From NCBI GenBank assembly GCA_964601985.1, contig CAZRPT010000126.1:1-59171 (forward strand): a DNA stretch of 59,171 bases, read 5' to 3'. The stretch is from an uncultured Verrucomicrobiota bacterium. GTDB taxonomy: Bacteria > Verrucomicrobiota > Verrucomicrobiia > Limisphaerales > J093. Shown piece by piece: positions 39,985-51,300 of this stretch; position 1 is the first letter of the stretch; each line of letters starts with the position of its first letter. Below the pieces are notes generated by a model. That model was given only the letters and a program-made list of their open reading frames with translations. It had not been told where the DNA came from and made no database searches. Position numbers and translations under genes: made by a program.

Positions 39985-41457
39985 ATGAACGCTCCTTCGC
40001 TCCTCACCCGTCGCGGTTTTCTGGATCGCGGCCTGCGCCTCGCCTTGGGCGCCTCGGCCGCCGCCGCGTTGAACACCCCGGCCTTTCTGCGCCGCGCCGT
40101 GGCCGCGGGCGCCGTGCCGCCCGGCACGCGCAAGCTGCTGTTCATTTTCCTGCGCGGCGGCAACGACTCGGTCAACACCGTCATCCCGTGGGGCGACGAC
40201 GCCTACGCGCCGCGCCACCGGCCCACGTTGCACCTCCCGGCGCCCGACCCGCAATCCGTCACGCCCGGCCAGATGCCGGTGGATTCCGACCCGACCCGCG
40301 TGATTGATCTGGGCAACGGCTTCGCCGGCGTGCATCCGGCCCTGCGCGACCTCGCGCCGTTGTACAACGCCGGCGAGCTGGCGGTGGTCCACCGGGTGGG
40401 CTACCCCAAGCAGTCCCGCTCCCACTTCGACTCCCAACGCTACTGGGAAAACGGCACGCCCCACGACGACTTCAACAGCACCGGCGTGCTCTACCGGACG
40501 ATGGTCGAAACCGGGCTCCACGAGGGACGCACCTTTCCGGCGGTGTCGGTTCAACGCACCCCGCCCCTGATCCTGCGCGGACCGGTGGCCTTTCCCAGTC
40601 TGAGCGACCCCGAGCGTTACGATTTGCTGGGCGTGGCGGACGACGGCGCGGACAAGGCCAAACTCCTCGCGGCCATTACCGCCGCCCACCGCGAACCGCA
40701 TCCCGCCAAGGACAATCGCGAGCTCCTTTACGGCACCGGCGGCACCCTGCAAAACTCGATCGAGACCCTCAAGGCCGTGGGGGTGGACCAGAACGACTTC
40801 TTCGACACCGACGGCACGACCCATCTGTTCCCGATTGACCGGGAATCCAACCAGAAGGGCTTTCCGAGCAGCGCTTATCGCTTCTTCCGGTATCTCAAAG
40901 TGGCGACGCAGATTCTGGCCGGCACCGACGCGGTGATCGCCGGAACCCAGCTCACCGGATTCGACACCCACAATCGGCAGGGCGCCTTGGACGGCAAACA
41001 CGCCGGCTTGCTGGCCCGCTTGGGCTGGGCGTTGTACGCGGTGCGCCGGTTCCTGCTGGACGCCGACCCCGCGTTGTGGCGGGACACGGTGGTGGTCACC
41101 CTCTCCGAGTTCGGCCGGACCTCGAAGGAAAACGGCTCCAACGGCACCGACCACGCCGAAGCGGGGGCGATGTTCGTGGCCGGCGGCGGCATCGCGGGCG
41201 GGGTGTATCAATGCGACAACGACTCCTGGACGGTGGGCGATGAAGGGAGCCTGTTCGCCGTGAAGGGGCGTTACCTCGGCCGCGCGGTGGATTATCGCTC
41301 GGTGCTCGGCGAATTGATCCGGAAACACCTCGGCGCCACCGAAGCGCAACTGACACGCATCATCCCCGGCTACGCCGATCCCGCAGAGCATCTGCGCGAG
41401 GGCGGCGACGCCCCCGACGGCACTCCCATTGTCGGGGAATTGAACCTTCGGGGTTGA
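39985..41457 (+). CDS. DUF1501 domain protein (sulfatase/phosphatase-like fold) with a twin-arginine signal
   Basis: Tat motif LLTRRGFLDRGL. Further motifs: FIFLRGGNDSVNT, SHFDSQRYWE, GFDTH and GTDHAEAG. It lies 15 nt downstream of its usual DUF1800 partner. Confidence 0.9.
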   Translation: MNAPSLLTRRGFLDRGLRLALGASAAAALNTPAFLRRAVAAGAVPPGTRKLLFIFLRGGNDSVNTVIPWGDDAYAPRHRPTLHLPAPDPQSVTPGQMPVDSDPTRVIDLGNGFAGVHPALRDLAPLYNAGELAVVHRVGYPKQSRSHFDSQRYWENGTPHDDFNSTGVLYRTMVETGLHEGRTFPAVSVQRTPPLILRGPVAFPSLSDPERYDLLGVADDGADKAKLLAAITAAHREPHPAKDNRELLYGTGGTLQNSIETLKAVGVDQNDFFDTDGTTHLFPIDRESNQKGFPSSAYRFFRYLKVATQILAGTDAVIAGTQLTGFDTHNRQGALDGKHAGLLARLGWALYAVRRFLLDADPALWRDTVVVTLSEFGRTSKENGSNGTDHAEAGAMFVAGGGIAGGVYQCDNDSWTVGDEGSLFAVKGRYLGRAVDYRSVLGELIRKHLGATEAQLTRIIPGYADPAEHLREGGDAPDGTPIVGELNLRG

Positions 41458-41596
41458 GAGCCGGGCGGAAAACGCCGGGTTGGGGAACCCGGCGGGCAGC
41501 AGGAGGCCATTTCAGCGCCCGCCCCGTCGGCCGCCACACCCGGGCAGGCGAATTCCACCTGCAAGCGGAAAACGCAGAAATCAATTGCGGCGGGTC

Positions 41597-42343
41597 TCAT
41601 TCGCCCTTGAGCAGGGCCATCGCGTAGTCGCGGTTCATCCGGGAGATGAAGGCGAGGTTGATGTTCTTCGGGCAGACGGCCTCGCAGGAGCCGGTGACGG
41701 TGCAGTTGCCGAAGCCTTCCTTGTCCATCTGCTCGACCATGGCCAGCACGCGGCGGGTGCGCTCGGGCTGGCCCTGCGGCAGGAGGCCGAGGTGGGAGAC
41801 CTTGGCGGAGACGAAGAGCATGGCGCTGGCGTTCTTGCAGGCGGCCACGCAGGCGCCGCAACCGATGCACTGGGCGGCGTCCATGGACAGCTCGGCGGCG
41901 GGCTTGGGAACGGGCAGCGCGTTGGCGTCCTGGGGGGAGCCGGTGCGCACGCTGATGAAGCCGCCCTTCTGCATGATCCGGTCAAAGGCCGAGCGGTCCA
42001 CCACCAGGTCCTTGATGACGGGGAAGGGCTTGGCGCGGAAGGGCTCGACGGTGATGGTCTCGCCGTCCTTGAAGTCGCGCATGTACAACTGGCAGGTGGC
42101 GGTGCCCTTGCCGGGGCCGTGCGGGCGGCCGTTGATGGTGAGGCCGCAGGTGCCGCAGATGCCTTCGCGGCAGTCGTGCGGGATGGCCACCGGCTCGATC
42201 CCCTTTGTCGCCAGCGCGTCGTTCACCACGTCCAGCATCTCGAGGAACGACATGTTCGGGTTCAGGGTGGGGGTCTCGTAGGTCTCGAAGCGCCCCGGGG
42301 AGTTCGCGTCTTTCTGGCGCCAGATTTTCAGCGTGACTTTCAT
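41597..42343 (-). CDS. sdhB: Succinate dehydrogenase/fumarate reductase iron-sulfur subunit
   Basis: Cluster motifs [21 protein letters not shown] and [12 protein letters not shown]. Confidence 0.93.
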   Translation of the reverse strand: MKVTLKIWRQKDANSPGRFETYETPTLNPNMSFLEMLDVVNDALATKGIEPVAIPHDCREGICGTCGLTINGRPHGPGKGTATCQLYMRDFKDGETITVEPFRAKPFPVIKDLVVDRSAFDRIMQKGGFISVRTGSPQDANALPVPKPAAELSMDAAQCIGCGACVAACKNASAMLFVSAKVSHLGLLPQGQPERTRRVLAMVEQMDKEGFGNCTVTGSCEAVCPKNINLAFISRMNRDYAMALLKGE

Positions 42344-42385
42344 GATCGTTCGGCGATTGCGGCCTGGGTCGCAAAAATCTCGGGC

Positions 42386-44299
42386 TTATTTGTAGCTGCG
42401 GGTGGTGAAATGCACGCGCTCGTACTCGATGGGTTCCACGTGGCGGACCGGCTCCCGCTCCTCGCCCTGCCATTCCCAGACGGCGGCGTGGGCGAATTGC
42501 TCGTCGTTGCGTTTGCACTCGCCGGCCTCCTCGTATTCCTCGCGGAAGTGGCAGCCGCAGGATTCCTCGCGGGCCAGGGCGTCGCGGCACATCAATTCGC
42601 CCAGTTCGAGGAAGTCGGCCACCCGGGCGGCGCGTTCGAGGGACTGGTTGAGGCTGTTTCCGTCGCCCAAGATGTTGACGTTCCGCCAGAACTCCTCGCG
42701 CAACGGCGGGATTTCCTTGAGCGCCTTCCGGAGGCCTTCGCGGTTGCGGGACATGCCGCAGTAATCCCACAGGATGCGGCCGAGCCGCCGGTGGAATTCC
42801 GAGACGTTCCGTTTGCCCTGGACGGCGAGCAGCCGCTGGATGCGGCCGGTGACCGCTTCCTCGGCTTCCTGGAACTCCGCCCGGTCGGTGGGCGGGGTGG
42901 CGTTGCGCGGCTGGGTGGCGAGGTAATCGCCGATGGTCAGCGGGATGACGAAGTAGCCGTCCGCCAGCCCCTGCATGAGCGCCGAGGCGCCGAGGCGGTT
43001 GGCGCCGTGGTCGGAGAAGTTCGCCTCGCCCAGCACGAACAGGCCGGGGATGGTGGACATGAGGTTGTAGTCCACCCAGAGGCCGCCCATCGTGTAATGG
43101 ACGGCGGGGAAAATCCGCATGGGGGTCTCGTAGGCGTTTTCGGCGGTGATTTCGTGGTAGATGTCGAAGAGGTTGCCGTAGCGCTCGCGGACGGTTTCGA
43201 CGCCCAGCCGTTGGATGGCGTCCGAGAAATCGAGGTACACCCCGAGGCCGCTCTCGCCCACGCCCCGGCCCTCGTCGCACACCCGCTTGGCGGCGCGGCT
43301 GGCGATGTCGCGCGGAGCGAGGTTGCCGTAGGCGGGGTACATCCGTTCGAGGTAGTAATCGCGCTCGTCCTCCGGGATGTCCTGGGGCCGGCGTTTGTCC
43401 CCGGCCTTTTTCGGCACCCAGCAGCGGCCGTCGTTGCGGAGGGACTCGGACATGAGGGTCAGCTTGGACTGGTAATCGCCGGAGACCGGGATGCAGGTGG
43501 GGTGAATCTGGACGAAGCAGGGATTGGCGAAGCCGGCGCCGCGGCGGTGGGCGCGCCAGATGGCGGTGGCGTTGCAGGCGCGGGCGTTGGTGGAGAGGTC
43601 GAAGACGTTTCCATAACCGCCGGTGGCCAGCAGGACGGCGTCGGCGGACCAGCGCTCGATCTTGCCGGTGTTGAGGTTGCGGGTGATGACCCCCTTGGCG
43701 TGGCCGTCCACCACCACGAGGTCGAGCATCTCGGTGTTGGGCACCAGCGTCACCGCGCCGGCGCCGACCTGCTTCATCAGCGCCGAGTAGGCGCCCAGCA
43801 GCAACTGCTGCCCGGTCTGGCCGCGGGCGTAAAAGGTGCGGGACACCTGCGCGCCGCCGAAGGAGCGGTTGGCCAGCAGGCCGCCGTATTCGCGGGCGAA
43901 GGGCACGCCCTGGGCCACGCACTGGTCAATGATGTTCGAGCTGACCTCGGCCAGGCGGTACACGTTCGCCTCGCGCGCCCGGAAGTCGCCGCCCTTGACC
44001 GTGTCATAAAAGAGCCGCCACACGCTGTCGCCGTCGTTTTGGTAATTCTTCGCGGCGTTGATGCCGCCCTGGGCGGCGATCGAGTGCGCCCGGCGGGCGG
44101 TGTCGTGGAAGGTGAGGACCGTGACCTGGTATCCCAGCTCGGAGAGGGAGGCGGCGGCCGAGGCGCCCGCCAAGCCGGTGCCGACCACCAGGACGCGGTA
44201 GCGCCGCTTGTTGTTGGGCGCCACGAGGCGCATCTCGGCCACGTGCCGGGTCCATTTCTGTTCCAGCGGTCCGGAGGGAATTCGCGATTCGAGTTTCAT
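42386..44299 (-). CDS. sdhA: Succinate dehydrogenase/fumarate reductase flavoprotein subunit
   Basis: FAD-binding motif [14 protein letters not shown], the histidyl-FAD region [14 protein letters not shown], and the active-site HYTMGG. Confidence 0.95.
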   Translation of the reverse strand: MKLESRIPSGPLEQKWTRHVAEMRLVAPNNKRRYRVLVVGTGLAGASAAASLSELGYQVTVLTFHDTARRAHSIAAQGGINAAKNYQNDGDSVWRLFYDTVKGGDFRAREANVYRLAEVSSNIIDQCVAQGVPFAREYGGLLANRSFGGAQVSRTFYARGQTGQQLLLGAYSALMKQVGAGAVTLVPNTEMLDLVVVDGHAKGVITRNLNTGKIERWSADAVLLATGGYGNVFDLSTNARACNATAIWRAHRRGAGFANPCFVQIHPTCIPVSGDYQSKLTLMSESLRNDGRCWVPKKAGDKRRPQDIPEDERDYYLERMYPAYGNLAPRDIASRAAKRVCDEGRGVGESGLGVYLDFSDAIQRLGVETVRERYGNLFDIYHEITAENAYETPMRIFPAVHYTMGGLWVDYNLMSTIPGLFVLGEANFSDHGANRLGASALMQGLADGYFVIPLTIGDYLATQPRNATPPTDRAEFQEAEEAVTGRIQRLLAVQGKRNVSEFHRRLGRILWDYCGMSRNREGLRKALKEIPPLREEFWRNVNILGDGNSLNQSLERAARVADFLELGELMCRDALAREESCGCHFREEYEEAGECKRNDEQFAHAAVWEWQGEEREPVRHVEPIEYERVHFTTRSYK

Positions 44300-44303
44300 C
44301 GTC

Positions 44304-45026
44304 TTACTTCGTCACAGTCGAGCCCACGAGGCGGAGCAGCACGGCCACGGGAATGGAGGCGTACCCCACGAACAACACCACGGCCACGATCGTCGCCGCC
44401 CGTTCCACCACCGGCCGGCAGCGATGGGTGGTCCAGCCCAGCGACTGGGACATCGCCTGAATGCCGTGACTCAGGTGCAGGCACAACAATCCCACGCCCA
44501 GGAGGTAAAAGAAGGACACCAGCGGCTGCCGGAAACCGAGAACCACCATCCGGTACACGTCGTGCCGTTCCAGACCGAGCTCGGTGGTCTCCTGCAAGCG
44601 GGTGAAATCCGCGCCGGTGAAATTGACGGCCGGCACGCAGACGGTGTAATGGAGGAGGTGGTAAATGATGAAGGTGGCCACGATCAAGCCGCTCATGATC
44701 ATGGTGCGCGAGGCGTAGCTGGCCGCCGGCGGCACGGGATCGCCGGCGTAACCCACCGGCCGGGCGGCGCGGTTCTCCGACCACACCTGCAGGGCCGCCC
44801 AGATGTGCAGGCTCACGCAGGTCAGCATCACCAGCCGCACGATCCACAACACTTCATGGTTGCTTTGGAGAAAATGGGCGTAGCGGTTGATGGCCTCGGG
44901 GCCGAGGAACATCTGGAGGTTGCCCACCATGTGTCCGCAGACAAACAGCACCAAAACCACCCCGGTGGCGGCCATCACCAGTTTCTTCCCCACCGACGAT
45001 TGGAACAGTCGAGCCAGTAACTTCAT
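44304..45026 (-). CDS. sdhC: Succinate dehydrogenase cytochrome b558 subunit (five-helix, Bacillus/Wolinella type)
   Basis: 240 aa, 5 TM segments, with conserved His in helices ([21 protein letters not shown]). Gene order is sdhC-sdhA-sdhB. Confidence 0.85.
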   Translation of the reverse strand: MKLLARLFQSSVGKKLVMAATGVVLVLFVCGHMVGNLQMFLGPEAINRYAHFLQSNHEVLWIVRLVMLTCVSLHIWAALQVWSENRAARPVGYAGDPVPPAASYASRTMIMSGLIVATFIIYHLLHYTVCVPAVNFTGADFTRLQETTELGLERHDVYRMVVLGFRQPLVSFFYLLGVGLLCLHLSHGIQAMSQSLGWTTHRCRPVVERAATIVAVVLFVGYASIPVAVLLRLVGSTVTK

Positions 45027-45281
45027 GATTCGAGGGCGGCGCCGGCCTCTTTCCGGCGCGGGAGAATGCCGTTGGCGTCCCCTGGGGGCGCCGGCCGCGG
45101 CGTCGTTGGGCGCGCTTTTTCGCGCGTTCCGACCGCCGGGCCAACTTTACACAAAGTTAAAACGCACATTCCGAACATAGGATTGTCTGATGCACCAACC
45201 GAAGACAATGCCAAAATCCGGGAATCCCCGAAAAATTTTGCCGCCCGGCGCCGTCGCGGAGGAGCGGACCGAAAGAGCGAA

Positions 45282-45328
45282 GACCCGGAAAAGGGCCCGG
45301 CGGCGACGCGCCCGCCCTTTTCCGGGTC
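45282..45328 (-). terminator. 15-bp perfect inverted repeat (possible terminator of the isomerase gene; related to the repeat-arm motif)
   Basis: gacccggaaaagggc (45282..45296) / gcccttttccgggtc (45314..45328) with a 17-nt loop, 53 nt past the stop at 45381. The flanking gagcgaagacccg resembles the arm sequence of the 31.8 kb element. The U-tract is weak. Confidence 0.35.
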
Positions 45329-45380
45329 TCCCGGCCCGGGGGGAAACCTGTTTTTCTTCGTCCCGGAAGCCGGACGGCTC

Positions 45381-46223
45381 TCAGCGGACGAGTGACGCGA
45401 TGAATTCCCGCCCCGCCTTGAGGTCGGCCACGCGCTGGTCGCCGGCTTCGCGTTCGAGACAGAGGTTGCCGCTGTAGCCCAGCTCGTCCAAGACGGCGAA
45501 GAAGGCCGGCCAGTCCACCTCGCCCGTGCCCACGACGACTTCCTCGCCCCACGTGCCGGGGGTCCTGGTGCGGACGGCGTCCTTCAGGTGCACCTGTTTC
45601 AGCCACGGCGCCAGCGTGCGCAGCGCCGCCACGGGGTCGCCCTTGTCGTAGAGGAGCATGTTGGCGGGGTCGAAATTCACGCCCACGTTCGGCGCGTTCA
45701 GTTGCTCCAGAAACGCGGCCAGCGTCCCGGCGGTTTCCTGGCCGGTCTCGAACCCCAGCGTGATGTCGCGCGCGGCGAACACCTCGGCGATGCGGGTGAT
45801 GCGCTCCTTCAACTTGGCGAAGGCGGGGTCGGCGGAATCATGCGGCAGAAAGCCCGCGTGGAAGCTCACGAACGGCAGCCCCAGCGCCGCCGCCAGCTCG
45901 GCGTTGGCCCGGATGTGGCGCCAGTTTTCCTCCCACGTCTCGTCCGGCACCACGCCGCCGGTGCGCCGGATGCTTTCGAGGGTCGAGTAATCCTCGCCCA
46001 CCGTGACGAACATCCCGGAGACGCAGGTCACCCCCCGCGCCTCGGCGCGGGAGCGGAAGTCGCTCCAGCGGCCCTCCGCGTTCTCGCGGATCGGGTCCAG
46101 CGCGATCTGCGTGCGCGCCAGACCGGTGGCGTCGAGCTTGGCAAACAAATCGTCGGCGGACTCGGGTTGCAGCGACCAGCTGCACACCGCCAGACGTTCC
46201 ACGACCGAAGGCACATTCGACAT
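45381..46223 (-). CDS. Sugar phosphate isomerase/epimerase (xylose isomerase-like TIM barrel)
   Basis: 280 aa with the pattern typical of AP endonuclease 2/xylose-isomerase-like TIM barrels (FVSFHAG, GFETGQE, NFDPANM, HLKD). Confidence 0.75.
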   Translation of the reverse strand: MSNVPSVVERLAVCSWSLQPESADDLFAKLDATGLARTQIALDPIRENAEGRWSDFRSRAEARGVTCVSGMFVTVGEDYSTLESIRRTGGVVPDETWEENWRHIRANAELAAALGLPFVSFHAGFLPHDSADPAFAKLKERITRIAEVFAARDITLGFETGQETAGTLAAFLEQLNAPNVGVNFDPANMLLYDKGDPVAALRTLAPWLKQVHLKDAVRTRTPGTWGEEVVVGTGEVDWPAFFAVLDELGYSGNLCLEREAGDQRVADLKAGREFIASLVR

Positions 46224-46428
46224 GGGCGCAGTGTGCGGAAAACGCGCCGGGAATTCAACCTCCGAGCCGCCGCCGGGAAGGCGGCGCCGGACCTCGGGGC
46301 TTCGCGGCCGAAAGGCGGGCGCCGCCCTCCGCCCGCCGGGGCCGGGGGCGCTTTCGCCGGCGCGCCGCGGGCGCGAAACGTCAGATTTTCACGTGCGCGA
46401 AGGGAAAGGCTGCGGTACGTTGCCGCCA

Positions 46429-47337
46429 ATGTTCGCAGTCGAAGACACACGGGATCCCACGGCGGTGGCCCACGAGGTGCAGCTCGCCTATTTGGAGATG
46501 TTTCCCGAGGGCGACCGGCTTTTCGTGCCCCGCAACTTCGGACTGGTCATTGACTGTTTTTGCGGTGGCCACCCCGGCTTTCAATCCATTGACACCCGCT
46601 ATCACGACGTGGAACACACCCTGCAGGGGACCCTGTGCATGACGCGCATCCTGCGCCGCCGGCACGCGCTGGGCGCGGAGCCCCGCCTGCCCCGCCGCCT
46701 GTTCGAGCTGGGGTTGCTGGCCATCCTGCTGCATGACACCGGCTATCTCAAACGCCGGGACGACCGCGAAGGCACGGGCGCCAAATACACCCCCGTGCAT
46801 GTCCAGCGGAGCGCGGACTTCGCCGCCGAATGCCTGCCCGCGAAGGGTTTTTCCCCCCCGGAAATCCGGGCCATCCAGCACATGATTCAATGCACGGGCG
46901 TCGGCTCCCGGCCCCGCGAAATCCCCTTCCAGAGCGAGGAGGAAAAACTGGTGGGATGCGCGCTGGCCACCGGCGACCTGCTCGGGCAGATGGCCGCCGC
47001 CGATTACGTGGACAAACTGCCCATCCTTTACGAGGAGTTTGCCGAGGCCGCCGTGTTCAACGAGGGACGCACCTCCGCCCTGACCACCTTTGACAGCGCC
47101 GAGGAGCTGATCCGCAAAACGCCCGAGTTTTGGGAAAACTACGTCAAGCCGCGGCTCGACCACGAACTGGAGGGCCTGCACCGGTTTCTCAACGATCCCT
47201 ACCCCGACGGCCCCAATCCCTACTGGCAACGCATCGAGGCCAACATCGCCCGCATCCGCGGGCATTCCGGGCCCGGGAAAGCGCGCCGCGGAGAGGAGGA
47301 AGCCTCCGAAACGGCGGCGCGGTTTCCCGGGCGCTGA
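46429..47337 (+). CDS. HD-domain metal-dependent phosphohydrolase
   Basis: Internal ATG at 46429 of ORF 46003..47337. H...HD signature: YHDVEHTLQ ... LLHDTGY. Confidence 0.6.
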   Translation: MFAVEDTRDPTAVAHEVQLAYLEMFPEGDRLFVPRNFGLVIDCFCGGHPGFQSIDTRYHDVEHTLQGTLCMTRILRRRHALGAEPRLPRRLFELGLLAILLHDTGYLKRRDDREGTGAKYTPVHVQRSADFAAECLPAKGFSPPEIRAIQHMIQCTGVGSRPREIPFQSEEEKLVGCALATGDLLGQMAAADYVDKLPILYEEFAEAAVFNEGRTSALTTFDSAEELIRKTPEFWENYVKPRLDHELEGLHRFLNDPYPDGPNPYWQRIEANIARIRGHSGPGKARRGEEEASETAARFPGR

Positions 47338-47492
47338 GCGCCCGGCGGAAAACGCCGGACCGGAGAACCCGGCCCGCAAGCCGGGAGGCGGTTTACGCCC
47401 CTCCCCGCCATCGGCCGCGCGTTCCCCCACGCGGCTGCTCCCCCTTCGGACAGGGCGGAGGCCGGGGCTCGTCATCCGCCGGGGGGGCGGGA

Positions 47493-48044
47493 TCACGGCT
47501 CGAACCACTCGACCGGCCATTCGGCGCAAAGCCGTTCGAGGGGGAGCCCCATCACGTTGGAGAACGAGCCGCGCAATTCCGCCACCAGTTCCCCGCCGTG
47601 CTCCTGAATGGCGTAAGCGCCCGCCTTGTCCAGCGGATTCACGCGCGCCAGGTACCGGGCGATCTGAGCGGCGGTGAGCGGACGGAAGGTGACCCACGTG
47701 GTCTCCGCGAAAAGCCGCTCGCGCCGCCGGTGCCGCAGGCAGACCGCCGTGATGACCCGATGCGCGCGCCCCTGCAACCGGGCCAGCATCTCCCGGGCGA
47801 CGCGCCGGTCGGGCGGCTTGCCCAGGAGGGTTTCGCCGAGGCAGACCACCGTGTCGGCGCCCAGCACCAGGCAATCCGGAAGGGAGAACGCGCGCGCCTT
47901 GCGGTGGGCATTGAGGAGGGCGGTTTCCCGGGCGGTCAGCGGCCCGCCGGCATGCTCCTCCACGGCGGCGGGCCGCACGGTGAAGCGCGGGCGGATCCGG
48001 GCCAGCAGCTCCCGCCGCCGGGGAGACGCCGAGGCCAGCACCAA
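47493..48044 (-). CDS. maf: Maf-like nucleoside triphosphate pyrophosphatase
   Basis: LVLASASPRRRELL...LGADTVV...GKP...AGAYAIQ at the 3' end of the 2165-aa ORF. No ATG is available, so I assumed a TTG (48044) or GTG (48041) start directly before LASASPRR. Confidence 0.8.
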   Translation of the reverse strand: MVLASASPRRRELLARIRPRFTVRPAAVEEHAGGPLTARETALLNAHRKARAFSLPDCLVLGADTVVCLGETLLGKPPDRRVAREMLARLQGRAHRVITAVCLRHRRRERLFAETTWVTFRPLTAAQIARYLARVNPLDKAGAYAIQEHGGELVAELRGSFSNVMGLPLERLCAEWPVEWFEP

Positions 48045-48291
48045 TCGGGGTTCGCCCGGGAGGCGGGGCGGCGGCGTGAGGGACTCGAAATTCGCGTTCA
48101 AACGAAGGAGACGATAGGCCCGCCGCCCGCCGGGATTCAACGCCGGAAGCCGGGGCGCGAGTCGCCGCGCCTTTTGCCCCCGGCGAAACGGCCTTCCGGG
48201 GCGGCGCGACGAACGCTTTTCCGGCGTCGCGCGTCCCGGGTTTTCGTCCGGCGCCGCGCGGGGGGAACTTTTTGCCAGTTGGGCGCGGGGA

Positions 48292-48307
48292 TGGCATCGT
48301 TCTGGCT
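48292..48307 (+). promoter_or_regulatory. Sigma-54-like -24/-12 motif TGGCAT-N5-TGGCT
   Basis: GG (48293-94) and GC (48305-06) are in the canonical register, ~60 nt upstream of the ATG (48366) of the giant exoprotein gene. Confidence 0.3.
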
Positions 48308-48365
48308 GTGGTGGGGCGTTCCCGAAGGCCGGGCTTTTCGGGAGAGCGGGTAAAATGGCGTGATC

Positions 48366-51300
48366 ATGCGGATGTTCAAAGGCTTGAGCCGACGCCGCGC
48401 GCCGCGGCGGGCAATGGCGGCGGCGGTGGCCGGGTTGTGTCTGGTCGGCGGGAGCCGGGCGGCCGCCTCCGGCGGCGCGACGAACGCGCCTCCGGCGGTC
48501 GCGGCGGCGGAATCGCCGGATCCCCCGCCCGCGCCGGAAACGGTGCCGGGCGAGCTGCTGGTGCGGTTCCGGCCGGGCCTGAGCGGGATCAGCCGGGCCG
48601 GCGTGGTGCGGCTGGCCGGCGTGGAGGGCCGGGAGGCGCCGCCCGCCCGGCGGTTCGCCCGGGCGTTGCAGGGACGCCGGGACTCGGTGTTCACCGGCCT
48701 GGTGCGGTTGCGCCTGGCGGACACGAACGCCGTCGCGGACGCGATGGCGCGCCTGCGCAACCGGCCGGAGGTGGCGTGGGTGGAGCCGAATTACGTGGTG
48801 CGTTTGACCGGGGAAGCTCCCGCGGAAACCCGGCCCGACGATTTCGAGTTTCCCCGCCAATGGGCGCTGGAGAACACCGGCCAGCAGGAGGGCACGCCGG
48901 GGGCGGACTTGCAGGCGCCGGCGGCCTGGGCGCTGGTGCGCGACGCCGGCGCGGTGCGGGTGGCGGTGATTGACAGCGGCATTGATTATTTCCATCCCGA
49001 CCTCGAATCCAACGTGTGGGTCAACGCCGGCGAAATCCCCGGCAACGGACTGGACGATGACGGCAACGGCTACGTGGACGACGTGCACGGCTACGATTTC
49101 GTGAGCGGGGACGGCGACCCGATGGACGACCAGGGGCACGGCACGCACGTGGCGGGCATCATCGGCGCGCGGGGCGACAACGACATCGGGGTGACCGGCC
49201 TGTGCTGGGTGAGCACGTTGATGGCCGTCAAATCGTTCAACGAAGACGGGCGGGCGTCGGTGGCCGACGTGGTGGACGGCATCGAATACGCCGTGGCGAA
49301 CGGCGCGCGCCTGATCAACGCGAGCTGGGGGTTGCCCGAGCAAAGCCTCGCCCTGCAGGAGGCCATTCAGGAAGCCGCCGACGCCGGCGTGCTGGTGGTG
49401 TCCGCCGCCGGCAACAGCCGCAATGACGATCCCTTTTACCCGGCGGCGCTCGATGACGTGCTCGCCGTGACCGCCACCGACAATCGCGACGAGCGGGCGG
49501 GGTTCGCGAATTTCGGTTCCTTCGTGGATCTGGCCGCGCCGGGCGAGCTGATCCTTTCCACGCTGCCCAACGCCCGGTACGAGTTCCTCAGCGGCACCTC
49601 GATGGCCGCGCCGCAGGTGACCGGCGTGGCGGCGCTGGTGCTGGCGCGGCATCCGGAGTTCACCCGCGCCGAGCTGGTGGACGTGCTGCGCAACGCCGTC
49701 GAGGAGGTGCGCACGGATCACTTCGTGGGCACGGGCCGGTTGAACGCCTACCAGGCCGTGCGGGTGGTCCGTCCGCTGCCCACGGCGCGGCTGAAGCCGC
49801 CCGAGGTGTTGTCGGGCCGGATCCCCCTGCGCGGCACGGCGGCGGGGGACGACTTCGCCGGGTACCGGCTCGAATACGGCGAGGGGAGTCACCCGGATGA
49901 ATGGGTGACCTTCCATGAATCCGACACCCCGGTCGTGGACGACGCGTTGGTGACGGACTTTGACACGGCGGTGTTGAAGGAGGGGCCGTACAGCGTGCGG
50001 CTGGTGGTGTGGGATCACGCGGGCCAGACGGCGATGGACCGGGCGCGGGTGACGGTGCGCAACGTGGTCCTGACGGCGCCCCGGCACAACGACTGGTTGC
50101 GCGCGGGGGAGATCATCGAGCTGCGCGGCACGGTCTTCGGCGCGGGCCGCACGTTCACGCTCGAACACGGCGCGGGCCGGCTGCCGCGGCAGTGGTCGGC
50201 GGACGGCATCACCCTGGCGGACGGCGGGCGGCACCCGATCATGGACGACGTGCTGGGGTGGTGGGACACGCGGGCGCTGCCGGCGAACAGCTTTCACAGC
50301 CTGCGCCTGGTGGCCCGCAAGGACGGCGCCGTGGTGGGCGAATGGCTGACCCATCTGGTGTACCTGGACGGTCGTTTGCGTCCGGGCTGGCCGCGGCATC
50401 TCGCCAGTGACGCCTTCTATCCAACCAACGACTGGCGGGAGGTGGTGGTGGCGGATTTGGACGGTGACGGTCCGCGGGAAATCCTGCGGGTCCAGACCGG
50501 CGGCGTGACCGGCGCCCCGGCGGAGCTGAAGGTGTTTGATGGGGACGGGGCGTTGCGCTGGTCGGCGCCGTTGGGCCGGGGGGAGCCGTATTCCGACATC
50601 CCCGCCGTGGGCGACGTGGACGGTGACGGCAGTTGCGAGGTGTTCGCGGAAACCGGCGAGGAGGGCCGGGTGTGCGCCTTTCACGCGGACGGCACGCCGG
50701 TGGCGGGCGCCTGGCCGGTGACCCTCGACGCCACCACCACCGGCAAGACGCTGGCGGATGTGAATCAGGACGGCCGGCTGGAGCTGATTTGCTACGCCGC
50801 GCGGCCCAAGCCCGGCGGGAACCTGCGTCGCGAGCTGGCGGTGTTTGACGCGACCGGCCGGTTGCTGGCCCGCTGGGAGCTGGATTCCTGCCCCCGCGAG
50901 GCGGACGCGCCCCGGATGTTCGCGGCGGTGGGCAATTTTGACCGCGACCGCGACCTGGAGATCGTGGCGGTGAGCGGCTGCCGGCAACTGGCCCTGTTCG
51001 ATTTGACCCGCCCGGACGAACCGGTCTGGACGGCGGACCTGGACACGAAGTTGTACACCAGCCCGGTGGTGGGCGACGTGAACGGCGACGGCGAGGAGGA
51101 CGTCGTCATCGCCGGTTACGATCCCCGGGCCGGCCGGGAACACGGCTTCGCGGGCGGCGTGTTTCTGGTGGACCGCAAGGGGCGGATCGCCGAGGGCTGG
51201 CCGGTGCTGGTGGACGAGGCGTTCCTGAGCCCGCCGGCGCTGGCGGACGTGAATCATGACGGACGGCTGGAGATCGCCGTCGCCAGCACGCAATCGCGCA

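Noticed and set aside
41480-44605. 1041-aa plus-strand ORF
   Set aside because: It is an in-phase antisense shadow of sdhB, sdhA and part of sdhC, all of which carry unambiguous cofactor-binding motifs.
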